Source: Candidatus Latescibacterota bacterium (lineage in GTDB: Bacteria > Latescibacterota > UBA2968 > GCA-2709665). Taken from it: a stretch of DNA of 64,000 bases. Below, piece by piece: positions 40,180 to 50,934 of the stretch (within the stretch, counting starts at the first letter, position 1; each line of letters begins with the position of its first letter). The notes under the pieces were generated by a model. It was not told the DNA's origin and searched no databases. It worked only from the letters and a program-made list of their open reading frames with translations. The position numbers were made by a program, and so were the translations under genes. The stretch is taken from contig OZ242358.1 in the NCBI GenBank assembly GCA_965208835.1, forward strand, positions 2,912,001-2,976,000. Reading direction: 5' to 3'.

Positions 40180-41325
40180 GTGCGGCGACCGGTCTGGATC
40201 GTTCTTGCAGGCGTCTCAGCGGCATTGTTTCTGTCACCTGCCGCCGAAGATAAACCGGAAGGGGCGACTCCGGCTTCCGCCGCAGGTCCCGAAATTGACG
40301 CCTCCAGAAGAAACGCCATCGTCCGGGCCGTCGAAAGGGTGGCGCCCTCGGTCGTGGGTGTGACCACGGTTTCCTTCGAACGGGTCGACGTCAGGTATGT
40401 ACATCCGTTTTTCGATTTCCGCTGGTATCCCGGAACCGTCCAGCAGGAAAGGACTGGTATCGGGTCCGGTGTGGTCATCAGATCCGACGGCTACATTCTG
40501 ACCAACTACCACGTCGTCGAGGGCGCGCGGGAAATCACCGTCACGTTCTCCGACGGCCGAAGCTTCAAGGTTCAGGACACGCGCAAAGACGTGATGGTCG
40601 ACCCCGGTGCAGACCTGGCGGTCATACGGGTTAACGCGACAAATCTCGCGGTCCCGGACCTGGGTGATTCCGACGACGTCATCATCGGAGAGTGGGCGAT
40701 CGCCATCGGCAATCCCTTCGGGCTGCTCATCGAAGATCCCCAGCCGACCGTTACCGCTGGCGTCGTGAGCGCGATCAACCGCAACCTGAGGCTGGAACAG
40801 GATGAGGGTGGGCATTCCTATTCGAACATGATCCAGACCGACGCGTCCATCAATCCGGGTAACAGCGGTGGCCCTCTGGTTAATGGCGTCGGACTGGTCA
40901 TCGGCATCAACACCTTCATCTTCACGAAGAGCGGGGGTTCCCTCGGCATCGGTTTCGCAATCCCCATCAGCCAGGCGAAAAAAATCGCCGACCGGCTGAT
41001 CGCGGGGGGCGTTCAGGAGTTCTGGGCAGGTTTCGAGTTGCACCCGAAACTGACGCGAGGGCTGGCGAATGCACTGGGTTTATACACGCATCAGGCAGTC
41101 CTCGTCACCGGCGTCGTCGATAACAGTCCGGCGTCACGTGCAAAGCTGAATCCGGGCGACCTGATCATTGCGGTGAACGGCAATCCCGTTCGAAGCGCCT
41201 ATGACGTGGGGAGGATCCTTGAAAACGCACACGTCGGAGAAATCCTGGCGCTGGACGTCATACGCGGCCGGCTGCGCTTTGCAACACGCCTCGAGCCGGA
41301 GAAAGCGCCTGCCGGGCAGCAATAG
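40180..41325 (+). CDS. HtrA/DegP-family serine protease with one PDZ domain
   Basis: TNYHVV, DLAV, QTDASINPGNSGG. Confidence 0.93.
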   Translation: MRRPVWIVLAGVSAALFLSPAAEDKPEGATPASAAGPEIDASRRNAIVRAVERVAPSVVGVTTVSFERVDVRYVHPFFDFRWYPGTVQQERTGIGSGVVIRSDGYILTNYHVVEGAREITVTFSDGRSFKVQDTRKDVMVDPGADLAVIRVNATNLAVPDLGDSDDVIIGEWAIAIGNPFGLLIEDPQPTVTAGVVSAINRNLRLEQDEGGHSYSNMIQTDASINPGNSGGPLVNGVGLVIGINTFIFTKSGGSLGIGFAIPISQAKKIADRLIAGGVQEFWAGFELHPKLTRGLANALGLYTHQAVLVTGVVDNSPASRAKLNPGDLIIAVNGNPVRSAYDVGRILENAHVGEILALDVIRGRLRFATRLEPEKAPAGQQ

Positions 41326-41367
41326 ACGAATGAACGAAGTGTACCCGAATTTCGGAGCCATTCCACC

Positions 41368-42084
41368 ATGAGAAAGAGGGCTGCCGTCCCGAGCATGGTC
41401 ACACTCTGTAACCTCTGCTGCGGTTTCCTCGCGATCGCTTATGCCATGGACGGGAAACTGGTCCCCGCGGCATGGCTGATTGTCATCGCGGGCTTCCTCG
41501 ATGCCTTCGACGGCAAACTCGCCCGCCTGATGGACACGCCCAGCAACTTCGGTGTTCAGTTCGATTCCCTGGCCGACGTGTGCTCGTTCGGCGTGGCTCC
41601 TGCCGTGCTGATGTTTCAATACCTGCAGGGAATGCTGGATGCGGTATGGTTGCCGTTCGCTGCCTGTTTTCTGTTTCTGCTGTGTGGCGCGTTACGCCTG
41701 GCGCGATTCAATGTCCAGGTCAAGGGAGACGAAAAGGACGACTTCGTCGGCCTGCCCATTCCCTCGGCTGCCGCTACCATGGCCGCCTTTATCGTCTTTG
41801 CCGAACGGGTCTGGCAAAGCACACGCGAACCCCACGTGGGCCTTCTATTGTGCCTGGTTCTGGGCCTTCTCATGGTCAGTCAGTTCGGATATCCCGCCTT
41901 TCCCCGGTTCAGCATTGAAACGCGGAGGGACCGTTGGAGACTGGGGATCGCCGTGGCGGCGTTCATTCCCGTCGCACTCTTCCCCGACGAGGCATTTTTC
42001 CCAATCGCGTTTGCATTTTCGATCTCAGGCGCGGTACGGTGGGTGTCGCATCTGATTGTACATCGGGAAGTGGCAGATATGTAA
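41368..42084 (+). CDS. pssA: CDP-diacylglycerol--serine O-phosphatidyltransferase
   Basis: DAFDGKLAR..FGVQFDSLADVCSFGVAPA, RLARFN. Confidence 0.92.
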   Translation: MRKRAAVPSMVTLCNLCCGFLAIAYAMDGKLVPAAWLIVIAGFLDAFDGKLARLMDTPSNFGVQFDSLADVCSFGVAPAVLMFQYLQGMLDAVWLPFAACFLFLLCGALRLARFNVQVKGDEKDDFVGLPIPSAAATMAAFIVFAERVWQSTREPHVGLLLCLVLGLLMVSQFGYPAFPRFSIETRRDRWRLGIAVAAFIPVALFPDEAFFPIAFAFSISGAVRWVSHLIVHREVADM

Positions 42085-42116
42085 GTCGTATTGGAACGGG
42101 AGTGGAGCGGAAGTCG

Positions 42117-42398
42117 ATGAAGAACAAGAGCGTCGGTCACCTGATTGTTGCAATCTTCGTTGGCATTCTTGCCAGCCGGGTTTTCGGTGCGGTATTGAAC
42201 GTGGTCTTCGGCAGCCTCGGCCTGGAAGACAACATGGTGTCCAGGGTGCTCGTGGATCCTCTGGTCGCATACGAATTCTACCCGATGCGCCTGAACCTGA
42301 TGGTCATGACGCTCACTCTGGGCTTTTCGTTGGACTTCAACGTACTGAGCATGATCGGCATCGGAGCGGCGTATTATTACGTCAAGTATTCCTACTGA
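42117..42398 (+). CDS. Small membrane protein (DUF4321-like)
   Basis: Hydrophobic 93-aa ORF with LTLGFSLDFNVLSMIG. Confidence 0.65.
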   Translation: MKNKSVGHLIVAIFVGILASRVFGAVLNVVFGSLGLEDNMVSRVLVDPLVAYEFYPMRLNLMVMTLTLGFSLDFNVLSMIGIGAAYYYVKYSY

Positions 42399-42530
42399 CC
42401 TGATTTCGTTCCGGTCTGACGGTCCGCGCCGCTGCGTGAAGCGATCGCTGCGAACTCCGGCATCCAGAGTACCATCGCGGGAGCCAACGGGACCATCGGA
42501 CGGCGGTTCTTTTCAAATGTGAGGCAATTC

Positions 42531-42755
42531 ATGCTGGGTGGAATCGGAACGTGGGAAATCCTCCTGATCTTCCTGGTGATTCTACTGCTCTTCGGGGCCA
42601 AACGCATTCCCGATATCGCCAAGAGCGTGGGCAAGGGCGTAACGGAATTCAAGAGAGGCCTCAGGGACATTCAGGATGAAATCGAAACAGGGGTCGATCA
42701 CCCGTCCAAATCCGACGACAAAACACCGGATTCGGAAAAAACCGCGAAACAGTAG
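42531..42755 (+). CDS. tatA: Twin-arginine translocase TatA/TatE subunit
   Basis: IGTWEILLIFLVILLLFGAKRIPDIAKSVGKGVTEFK. Confidence 0.93.
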   Translation: MLGGIGTWEILLIFLVILLLFGAKRIPDIAKSVGKGVTEFKRGLRDIQDEIETGVDHPSKSDDKTPDSEKTAKQ

Positions 42756-42764
42756 CCGGGAGGA

Positions 42765-44228
42765 ATGGTGGCAGTTTCCGGGAAGCCACTGAACGAACGG
42801 CCCGCCCACGAACTGACGGCGTCGATTCTGTCGGGCAAGATCACGTCCAGACAGCTTGTCGAGGCCGTTTTTCATTGCATACGAACGACGAACCCCGCGC
42901 TCAACACCTACATCACCCTGAACGAAACCGAAGCAATCCGCAAAGCCGAGGAGATAGACGCCAGAGTATCGGCCGGAGACCCCGTGGGTCCGTTGGCGGG
43001 TATCCCGGTTGCCCTCAAAGACCTGCTCTGCACCCGGGGTCTTCTCACCACCGCCGGCTCCCGCATCCTCGCGAACTTCATTCCGCCCTACGACGCGACC
43101 GCCGTCGCACGCCTTCGCAAGGCAGATGCGGTTATCATTGGCAAACTCAACATGGACGAGTTTGCCATGGGTTCCTCCAATGAAAACTCGGCGTACGGGC
43201 CAGTGCGCAATCCCCACGACCCGACGCGCGTTCCTGGCGGTTCCAGCGGCGCCAGCGCCGCCAGCGTGGCCGCAAATCAGACCGTGCTCGCCCTGGGCAC
43301 GGACACGGGCGGGTCGATTCGTCTGCCCGCCTCGTTCTGCGGCGCTGTCGGCCTTAAGCCCACCTACGGTCGCGTTTCCCGTTACGGCCTCGTCGCCTAC
43401 GCGTCGTCGCTGGACCAGATCGGTCCCGTGGCCCGAAACGTTAGGGATGCCGCCCTCCTGCTGAACGTCATCGCCGGACACGACCCGCGAGATTCCACGT
43501 CCGTGGATTTACCGGTACCGGACTACACGGCAGGACTTGAAACGGGTGTCGCCGGCCTGACCATCGGGCTTCCGGCGGGATATTTCGGGCAAGGCCTGGA
43601 CAACGAAGTGAGAGCGGCGATCATCGAAGGCGTTGGCGTCCTGAGAGAAGCCGGGGCGGAAATCCGCGAGGTCGACCTCCCCGTAGCCTGCCATCCGGCC
43701 TACTCGGTAGCCGCCTACTACATCATCGCCACCGGGGAGGCATCCTCGAATCTCTCCCGGTACGACGGCATCAAGTACGGAAGTCGAGTTGAAGGCGACG
43801 ATCTGATCGACATGTACTGCCGGACACGCAGCACCGGGTTCGGAGAGGAGGTCAAGCGCCGTATCATGCTCGGCACCTACGCCCTCAGCGCAGGCTATTA
43901 CGATGCTTATTACCTGAAAGCCCAGAAGGTACGTACACTCATCAAGCGCGATTTCGAAGGCGCTTTCGAGTCCTGTGACCTTCTCGCCGCGCCGGTGTCG
44001 CCGACACCCGCCTTCCGCATCGGCGAAAAGACCAGAGATCCACTCCAGATGTACCTCTCCGACATCTACACGGTCTCGGTTAACCTGGCCGGCATCCCTG
44101 GAGTCTCCGTCCCATGCGGCGTTTCAGCGGATGGCCTGCCCATTGGACTGCAACTGCTCGGGCCTGCCTTCAACGAAGACCGCCTGCTCAGAGCCGCTTA
44201 CGTGGTCGAACAGGAGTTGACCCGATGA
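42765..44228 (+). CDS. gatA: Asp/Glu-tRNA amidotransferase subunit A
   Basis: [37 protein letters not shown]. Confidence 0.96.
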   Translation: MVAVSGKPLNERPAHELTASILSGKITSRQLVEAVFHCIRTTNPALNTYITLNETEAIRKAEEIDARVSAGDPVGPLAGIPVALKDLLCTRGLLTTAGSRILANFIPPYDATAVARLRKADAVIIGKLNMDEFAMGSSNENSAYGPVRNPHDPTRVPGGSSGASAASVAANQTVLALGTDTGGSIRLPASFCGAVGLKPTYGRVSRYGLVAYASSLDQIGPVARNVRDAALLLNVIAGHDPRDSTSVDLPVPDYTAGLETGVAGLTIGLPAGYFGQGLDNEVRAAIIEGVGVLREAGAEIREVDLPVACHPAYSVAAYYIIATGEASSNLSRYDGIKYGSRVEGDDLIDMYCRTRSTGFGEEVKRRIMLGTYALSAGYYDAYYLKAQKVRTLIKRDFEGAFESCDLLAAPVSPTPAFRIGEKTRDPLQMYLSDIYTVSVNLAGIPGVSVPCGVSADGLPIGLQLLGPAFNEDRLLRAAYVVEQELTR

Positions 44229-45691
44229 AGTACGAGCCTGTCATCGGTCTGGAGGTCCACGCCCAGCTCGCCACGCGTACCAAGATATTCTGCGGCTGCA
44301 GCGTATCCTTCGGAGACGAAGCCAATTCGCGCACCTGTCCGGTCTGCCTGGGTTTGCCCGGCGCCCTCCCCGTGCTCAACCGGGAGGCGGTAGAGCACGC
44401 CATACGCATTGCCCTGGCGGTTGGCTGCACCGTCCAGGAACGAAGCCGCTTCCTGAGAAAGAACTACTTCTACCCCGATCTGCCAAAGGGGTATCAGATT
44501 TCCCAGTTTCAGTCCAACGAAGAAATGCCCCTGGCCACCGGAGGAAGTATCGACATCCCCTCCGGTAACGGCACCAAGACCGTGCGCCTCATTCGGATCC
44601 ACATGGAGGAAGACGCGGGCAAGAGCATCCACGACGAGGCTTTTGTGCCCGCCGGCGAATCCATGGTGGACGTCAACCGCTGCGGGGTACCCCTCATTGA
44701 ACTCGTCACCGAGCCCGACATCGCTTCGCCGAACGAAGCTTACCACTTCATGTCCCGGCTGCGCCAACTACTGACCTATACAGGGGTCTCGGAAGGGGAC
44801 ATGGAAAAGGGCCACATCCGCATCGACGCCAACGTGTCGATCCGGCCGGTCGGCGCGAGCGGACTCGGCACCAAGGTCGAGATCAAGAACATGAACTCGA
44901 TACGCAACTGCCGGCGGGCCCTCGAACTCGAAATCATGCGGCAGATCGACTCGTCCGAAACAGGGGGCGAAATCATTCAGCAGACGCTGTTGTTCGATCC
45001 GGACCGCAGCCGTCTGCGCCCGATGCGCGGCAAGGAGTCTTCCGATGACTACCGCTATTTCCCCGAGCCGGACCTGGTTCCGGTCGTCGTCGACCCGGTG
45101 TGGGTCAACCGGGTGCGCGCTACCGTACCCGAATTGCCCCACGCTAGACGCGCCCGTTTCGCATCTGCCTATGGCCTGCGGGCGGACCAGATCGACACCC
45201 TGATCGCGGACCGGAAAGTGGCCGACTATTATGAAGCAGCCGTATCCGCCGGCGCCGAGCCTGCAGCCACCGCAAATTGGGTGCAGGGCGACGTCCTCCG
45301 CACGCTCAACGAGCGCAAGATCGACATAGCGGAACTCAAGGCCACCCCGGAAGGCCTCGCGGCGCTGCTCGAAATGATCGGGGCCGGCACCATCAGTGCG
45401 AACATCGCCAGGGACGTTTTCGCAAAGATGGCTGAAACCGGCGCGTCGCCCGAAGCGGTCGTCGAACGGCAGGGACTCGCGCAGATCAGTGACGCGTCTC
45501 ATGTCGAGGGACTTGTCGACAAGGTGATCGCGGAACACACCGACGTCGTCGACAGATACAGAAGAGGAGACAGAAAGCTGCTGGGTTTCTTCATGGGACA
45601 GATCATGAAGGCCACGAGAGGTCAGGCGAATCCCAAAGTGGCCAACCAGCTGTTGCGACAGAAGCTGGAGGATGGGACCGCCCATGCCTGA
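44225..45691 (+). CDS. gatB: Asp/Glu-tRNA amidotransferase subunit B
   Basis: [39 protein letters not shown]. Confidence 0.97.
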   Translation: MKYEPVIGLEVHAQLATRTKIFCGCSVSFGDEANSRTCPVCLGLPGALPVLNREAVEHAIRIALAVGCTVQERSRFLRKNYFYPDLPKGYQISQFQSNEEMPLATGGSIDIPSGNGTKTVRLIRIHMEEDAGKSIHDEAFVPAGESMVDVNRCGVPLIELVTEPDIASPNEAYHFMSRLRQLLTYTGVSEGDMEKGHIRIDANVSIRPVGASGLGTKVEIKNMNSIRNCRRALELEIMRQIDSSETGGEIIQQTLLFDPDRSRLRPMRGKESSDDYRYFPEPDLVPVVVDPVWVNRVRATVPELPHARRARFASAYGLRADQIDTLIADRKVADYYEAAVSAGAEPAATANWVQGDVLRTLNERKIDIAELKATPEGLAALLEMIGAGTISANIARDVFAKMAETGASPEAVVERQGLAQISDASHVEGLVDKVIAEHTDVVDRYRRGDRKLLGFFMGQIMKATRGQANPKVANQLLRQKLEDGTAHA

Positions 45692-45769
45692 ACCCGCCTG
45701 CGTTCAATGCGGCGCCGGCCTCGAGCCGCGTTTCCATAACGCCCGACAATCCGATCAGACCGCGCAGCC

Positions 45770-46450
45770 GTGACCACCTCTCTCGTTATCTTTGCCAGGA
45801 GCCCCGTACCCGGCGAGGTCAAGACCCGCCTGCTTCCCCGGTACACACCGGCCCAGGCCGCGGCAATCTACCGCGCGTTCATCCTGGACACCGTGAACTC
45901 CGCAAGAAATGCCACCGTTGACCGGCGCTTCGTGGCCTGCGACCCGCCCGGGTCCGAAGCCGAACTATCCGATCTGGCCGGACCTGGCTGGGACCCTTTC
46001 CCGCAGGTTTCCGCCGACCTTGGCGAACGTATGTACCGGGCTGCCCGCCACTGTTTCGAGCTTGGCGCCGGTCGCGTCGTGATCGTGGGAACCGACGTGC
46101 CTTCACTGCCTCCCCGCCGAATCGATCGCGCATTCGAACTCCTGGCAGAAAACGAGATCGTGCTCGGTCCCAGTGTGGACGGCGGGTATTATCTGGTTGG
46201 CCTCTCAACGCCGATCCGGGAAATCTTCCGTGACATTGCCTGGAGCACGGAACACGTGTTCGCTCAAACGCTGGAACGGGCCCGGGCCTTTCGTCTCACC
46301 GCTGGCATCCTGCCGTCCTGGTACGACGTGGATACCCCGGAGCAGTTGGACCATCTCGTCGAAGACGCACGCGCGCATCTCAGGTCTGGGCACGCGGATC
46401 CCATTCCCCACACGCGCGCCTGCCTCTCAACCCTGAACTGTCTCGACTGA
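45770..46450 (+). CDS. DUF2064/TIGR04282-family glycosyltransferase-like protein
   Basis: FARSPVPGEVKTRL, DLGERM, GTDVP, LGPSVDGGYYL, DVDTPE. Confidence 0.85.
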   Translation: MTTSLVIFARSPVPGEVKTRLLPRYTPAQAAAIYRAFILDTVNSARNATVDRRFVACDPPGSEAELSDLAGPGWDPFPQVSADLGERMYRAARHCFELGAGRVVIVGTDVPSLPPRRIDRAFELLAENEIVLGPSVDGGYYLVGLSTPIREIFRDIAWSTEHVFAQTLERARAFRLTAGILPSWYDVDTPEQLDHLVEDARAHLRSGHADPIPHTRACLSTLNCLD

Positions 46451-46480
46451 AGAGAAGGAAGCAGAGGGCAAGGAACCCGG

Positions 46481-47623
46481 ATGAAAATCGATCGCATCGA
46501 ACAGTTTTTTCCAAGGCGGCGCACCCGCCTTTTGAAAATCACAACCGATAACGGCTTCGTGGGCTGGGGCGAAACCACACTGGAAGGCAGGCCGGGAAGC
46601 ACCGCGGCCGCCATCGAGGAACTGGCAGCCTATCTTTGCGGCAAAGACCCCCTCCGAATCCAGCACCACTGGCAGCATATCTACCGTTCCGCGTTCTATC
46701 GGGGAGGCGCCGTCCTCATGACCGCCCTGTCGGGTGTCGACCAGGCGCTCTGGGACATCGCGGGCAAATTCCACGGTGCACCGGTGTACCGGCTGCTTGG
46801 CGGTCCGGTCCGGGACCGGATTCGGGTCTACGCGCACTGGGGAATCCACGGACTTTCAGAAGAGGAACAGGCCGCTTCAAAACAACGCCTGGACATGCTC
46901 CGGAAAGCCGGAGGCTACAAGGCATTCAAGTCCGGGCCCGGAGGAACGTGGCGGGCGCATGAACCCCCGGCCGTCATCGATGAGTTTGTGCGCCGGGCGT
47001 ACCTGATGCGGGAGTGGGTCGGGCCCGACGTGGAGCTCTGTTTCGACTTCCACGGTAAAATGACGCCCGCACTGGCGATTGAAATCTGCCACGAACTCAA
47101 GGGCATGCGCCCGATGTTCGTGGAAGAACCCGTTCCACAGGAGAACGTGGATGCTCTGAAGCGCGTCTCCGACCGGGTCCCCTTTCCCATCGCCACCGGA
47201 GAGCGGCTGCTCAGCAGATGGGAATTCCGGAGGATCTTCGAGAACCAGGCGGCGGCTTATATCCAGCCGGACGTTTCGCACGCCGGAGGCATTTCCGAAA
47301 CCCTCAGGATCGCAAACATGGCCGAAGTCTACTATATGCACATCATGCCCCATTGCGCCATCGGACCCGTCGCATTCACGTCATGCCTGCACGTCGACGC
47401 CGCCGCGCCCAATTTTCTGATTCAGGAGCAGGTCGACTCGTGCCTCGGAGAAGGACTGTTGAAGAACCCCTGGCGGGTAGAGAACGGACACATTCTGCTG
47501 CCCGTCGAACCCGGACTGGGCATTGAGCCCGATGAGCGCGAAGTCCGGAAAAAATGCGCGTACGCAGAGGAACTCGGCGGCGAAACCACCTACGAGTCCG
47601 ACGGGAGCGTGGCTGACTGGTAG
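46481..47623 (+). CDS. Mandelate racemase/enolase-superfamily sugar-acid dehydratase (DgoD-like)
   Basis: DQALWDIAGK, DFHG, FVEEP, TGERL, QPDVSHAGG. Confidence 0.88.
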   Translation: MKIDRIEQFFPRRRTRLLKITTDNGFVGWGETTLEGRPGSTAAAIEELAAYLCGKDPLRIQHHWQHIYRSAFYRGGAVLMTALSGVDQALWDIAGKFHGAPVYRLLGGPVRDRIRVYAHWGIHGLSEEEQAASKQRLDMLRKAGGYKAFKSGPGGTWRAHEPPAVIDEFVRRAYLMREWVGPDVELCFDFHGKMTPALAIEICHELKGMRPMFVEEPVPQENVDALKRVSDRVPFPIATGERLLSRWEFRRIFENQAAAYIQPDVSHAGGISETLRIANMAEVYYMHIMPHCAIGPVAFTSCLHVDAAAPNFLIQEQVDSCLGEGLLKNPWRVENGHILLPVEPGLGIEPDEREVRKKCAYAEELGGETTYESDGSVADW

Positions 47624-47676
47624 TCGACGCCGGTCTTGTCGGCGACCGTGTGGGCGATTGCCGCGAACACATCCAA

Positions 47677-48951
47677 TTAACGCCAGTGTCGCCGAATCGG
47701 TACGGGCGTCAACGTCGTCTCCCAGTAGTCATCCGGCAGGTCGTGCCACGACGCGACGGTCCTGGCGTCGCTGTCCCATACCACTTCACCCTTGCGGATC
47801 GTCAGTTTGCACGCCAGGCGCTCACTTCCGTCCATCCGCCCCCAGCCGCAGTCCCGGAAGGAAAACGCACCCCTGAGGTGGGCGAACACCGCGACGTCGG
47901 CCTCGGCGCCGACACCCAGCGTGCCCAGGTCCGGCCGTCGAATCGCCCGGGCAGGCGCCTCCGTCGACCTGTAGACGACCTCCCGCAGGGGCATTCCCAT
48001 CAGAAGGCACTTGGACATCGTGTCGGTCATGCTGACCACGGACCCGCGGATGTTTCCGGTGTGCAGGTCCGTGCTGATCGAGTCCGGCGGAAACCCGTCC
48101 GCGATGGCGCGCACGCCGTTGCGGTACCAGAAACTTGCCGCGCCGTGTCCCAGATCGAACCAGACACCACGTTCTCTGGCCTTAAACATGTAGTCCCGCA
48201 CCCTTCCTTCCGCGTCGACGACGGGAAACTGCCGGGCGAAGACGTGGGTGTGGATGTCGCCCTTACGCAGCTTCCGGAGAATCAGCTCCGGGTAGGACCG
48301 CTCCGGCGGCCGGGGCCAGAAGTCGACCATCACCGGCATCCCGCACAGGTCGCCGGCCGCCACCGCCGCATCGACGGATGCCCACGGAGGGTGGTCGGCG
48401 TCAAACGGCCCTCGCGGCCAGTAGTGGGCCGTCTTGATGCCGACGACCACATCCCTGTTGTCCATCGCGGCTGTGGCGGCGCCTGCGGCGTCGAACGTGC
48501 GGATATCCTGCTCCGAATTTCCCATTCCCGGCGCCGAGATGTTGACAAACGCCAATATCCGGCAGATCTTCTTCTCCATCACGGTCTGTCTGAAATGCGA
48601 GATTTCCTCACATCCTGACGTCCCGGTATCCACGCAGGTCGTCACCCCGTCGCTGAGAAAATGCGCGTCCGCATCCAGGCTGGCCGTGAATTTCCCGGAT
48701 CCCGGATCCAGCCGGTTGTCGTACGCATGGACGTGAATGTCCACCAGCCCCGGCGTGACCAGCAGGCCCGATACGTCGATGACGTGCTCCGCCCGTTCTC
48801 CGGCGATTTCTTCCGAGACCTCGGCGATCCGGCCATCTCGGATACCGACGTCACGAATGCCTTCGACGTCATTGGCGGGATCGATGACGCGACCGGCCTT
48901 CAGCAGCAGATCCAACCGAACATCCTCCGCTAGACTCTTCATTGAACTCAT
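47677..48951 (-). CDS. Amidohydrolase/deacetylase family metallohydrolase
   Basis: PGLVDIHVH, GVTTCVDTG, DLGHG, ISTDLH. Confidence 0.88.
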   Translation of the reverse strand: MSSMKSLAEDVRLDLLLKAGRVIDPANDVEGIRDVGIRDGRIAEVSEEIAGERAEHVIDVSGLLVTPGLVDIHVHAYDNRLDPGSGKFTASLDADAHFLSDGVTTCVDTGTSGCEEISHFRQTVMEKKICRILAFVNISAPGMGNSEQDIRTFDAAGAATAAMDNRDVVVGIKTAHYWPRGPFDADHPPWASVDAAVAAGDLCGMPVMVDFWPRPPERSYPELILRKLRKGDIHTHVFARQFPVVDAEGRVRDYMFKARERGVWFDLGHGAASFWYRNGVRAIADGFPPDSISTDLHTGNIRGSVVSMTDTMSKCLLMGMPLREVVYRSTEAPARAIRRPDLGTLGVGAEADVAVFAHLRGAFSFRDCGWGRMDGSERLACKLTIRKGEVVWDSDARTVASWHDLPDDYWETTLTPVPIRRHWR

Positions 48952-49179
48952 GCTCCCTTCTGTAGATTGTCGCCAACAGCCCGCTCTCCCGTGGCTGACG
49001 GGTTCCGGACGGCCCGGTTCGCGACGCGACACTGGATGGCGATCCGGCCGACCGCGCCCCTGGCAACCAGGCCCATGCTCAGGTTCTGACGGAATGTCCG
49101 GATATATATAACTCCTGCGTTGATCAGACCACTAGAATTTTGAAATTGACCCGCCGCATGTTATATTGTAGACCCCTAA

Positions 49180-49339
49180 CAGTCCGTTGATAAAGTCGCT
49201 CTGCAGGCGAGGCCGAGCCATTGTGGCCGAAGACAAGGCGCGCAACCGAGTCCCATCCTGCGATTCGGCGAGGGCGCGCAACGCAGTATTTCGGTCGCAA
49301 GGGCCGGCCGTAGCCCAGATGGGCTTTTTCAACGGGCTG
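49180..49339 (+). mobile_element. MITE family A, 160 bp, CTAA target duplication
   Basis: Imperfect TIRs CAGTCCGTTGATAAAG / CTTTTTCAACGGGCTG; CTAA at 49176-49179 and 49340-49343; second copy at 25725. Confidence 0.85.
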
Positions 49340-49430
49340 CTAAGCCGTCGTTCCCGCATACCCCGGCGCAACCGTCGGCCGGTACGGCAGAATGCGGGAT
49401 TCGACGCCACAAATCTGCCCTGGAGGATCC

Positions 49431-49973
49431 ATGCGGCGGAGAAGACCCGGACTCAACAAACATCAGAAACGCGCCTTCAGAGTCGGTGAAGCGCGCGTCA
49501 GCGGCGAGACCATCACGGGCCTTATAGAACGTTCCCGCAGCAAAGACCCGGAAGAACGAAGGGCCGCCGCGGATCTACTGTGTCCGTGTCACGTCCGCCG
49601 ACGCCGGGAGGACGTCTGGTCCGCGCTCTACCAGCTGCTGGAAGACCCCCACCCGGGTGTACGAAGGGCCGCATGGCACACGCTGGAAGACGGCGGAAGA
49701 CCCGACGACCCCGCTCTGGACGTCATCTTCGAGCGCGCGGCCGAACACGATTCCGACAAAGGGATACGGCGTCAGGCCGCGGCCTATCTGAAGAGCCGCG
49801 GAGGACAGGCCGGATTCGCGCAGGCCGCGCATGCGAGGAACCGTTACCCCGACCGCGGCAAATGCGACTTCTGCGGTTCAACGGAGGTACCCGTAAAGTC
49901 CGACTTTGAAATCGAAATCCCTGACGACGGGCGGATGCGCTTCGGTCTCGTCTGCGAAGCCTGCTCGAGTTGA
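49431..49973 (+). CDS. HEAT-repeat protein with a C-terminal Cys4 zinc-ribbon-like motif
   Basis: DPEERRAAA / DPHPGVRRAA / DKGIRRQAA repeats; CPCH, CDFC...CEAC. Confidence 0.7.
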   Translation: MRRRRPGLNKHQKRAFRVGEARVSGETITGLIERSRSKDPEERRAAADLLCPCHVRRRREDVWSALYQLLEDPHPGVRRAAWHTLEDGGRPDDPALDVIFERAAEHDSDKGIRRQAAAYLKSRGGQAGFAQAAHARNRYPDRGKCDFCGSTEVPVKSDFEIEIPDDGRMRFGLVCEACSS

Positions 49974-50002
49974 GCCCGGCGTCCGAAACGATGGGGGGAA
50001 CC

Positions 50003-50794
50003 ATGCAGATCATTGTCCACAGCCAGGACGAACTCAAGAAAAGCTGGAACGGCCTTCAGAACTTTCTGATCGACCCGGAGTACTTTCGTTTCGACATGGC
50101 GTTTCCTTCCGCGGAAGAAATCGTGGACATCCTTCGAAAGGATAGCCAGGCGCGAATCAACATTCCCGGCGAACTTTCGGAAGAAGAAAAAAAGGAAAGG
50201 GCTGAGGAATTCAAAACGCTTCCCATCGCCGACGTCATCGACCGTCCCTTCTCGCTCGCCCACTTTCACCTGCAGAACTTCTACGGCGAGGGTCAGTTTC
50301 TGCGCGAATTTCAGAACAAGGTCATGATTCCGTGGCGCACCTTTCTGGCGTCGAACGGCTTTACGTGGCAACGCTGTTATCCCATTATTTTTATTTCCGG
50401 AAAGAACTGCAGTTCGTCATACCACATGGATACATCGCACGTCGTGGCCTGGCAGATCTGGGGTGTAAAATACTTCAATGCATTCAAGGATCCCTACAAA
50501 TACGCACCCCTGTACGACGCCGTCAACAACCGCGAGGCGCTCAGAGGGCGGAACGGCCCGCCAGATCACGATCCCGACGACATGCTTTCGTACAAGATGG
50601 AAAAGGGTGATTTGCTCTGGAATCAGTTGCTCACGCCCCACTGGGTGCCGGCGGGTGACAGCGTTGCCGTGAGCGTCAATATCTCTCACGGCGGCATCGC
50701 GTACGGCGGACAGTTCAGCCCGAATGAGACGGCACTGAGAGAACGCTGGAAATCCCATCCCAAAGAAGCATGGCTTGTGGATACCCGCTACTGA
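50003..50794 (+). CDS. Cupin/JmjC-like protein
   Basis: YHMD...WQIWGVK...GDLLW...PHWV (HxD...H facial triad). Confidence 0.65.
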   Translation: MQIIVHSQDELKKSWNGLQNFLIDPEYFRFDMAFPSAEEIVDILRKDSQARINIPGELSEEEKKERAEEFKTLPIADVIDRPFSLAHFHLQNFYGEGQFLREFQNKVMIPWRTFLASNGFTWQRCYPIIFISGKNCSSSYHMDTSHVVAWQIWGVKYFNAFKDPYKYAPLYDAVNNREALRGRNGPPDHDPDDMLSYKMEKGDLLWNQLLTPHWVPAGDSVAVSVNISHGGIAYGGQFSPNETALRERWKSHPKEAWLVDTRY

Positions 50795-50934
50795 CCAAGC
50801 GCGCGAATAACGTCCCCCGTCGGGTATAGCGCAAACCACGGAACAGCCGTGCGCGACCCTTGCGCGGCGTTCAGCCGCGGTGTGGGACGGACAACGCCGA
50901 CAAAAGGATATAAACGCTTCATTGTCAATTGCCT

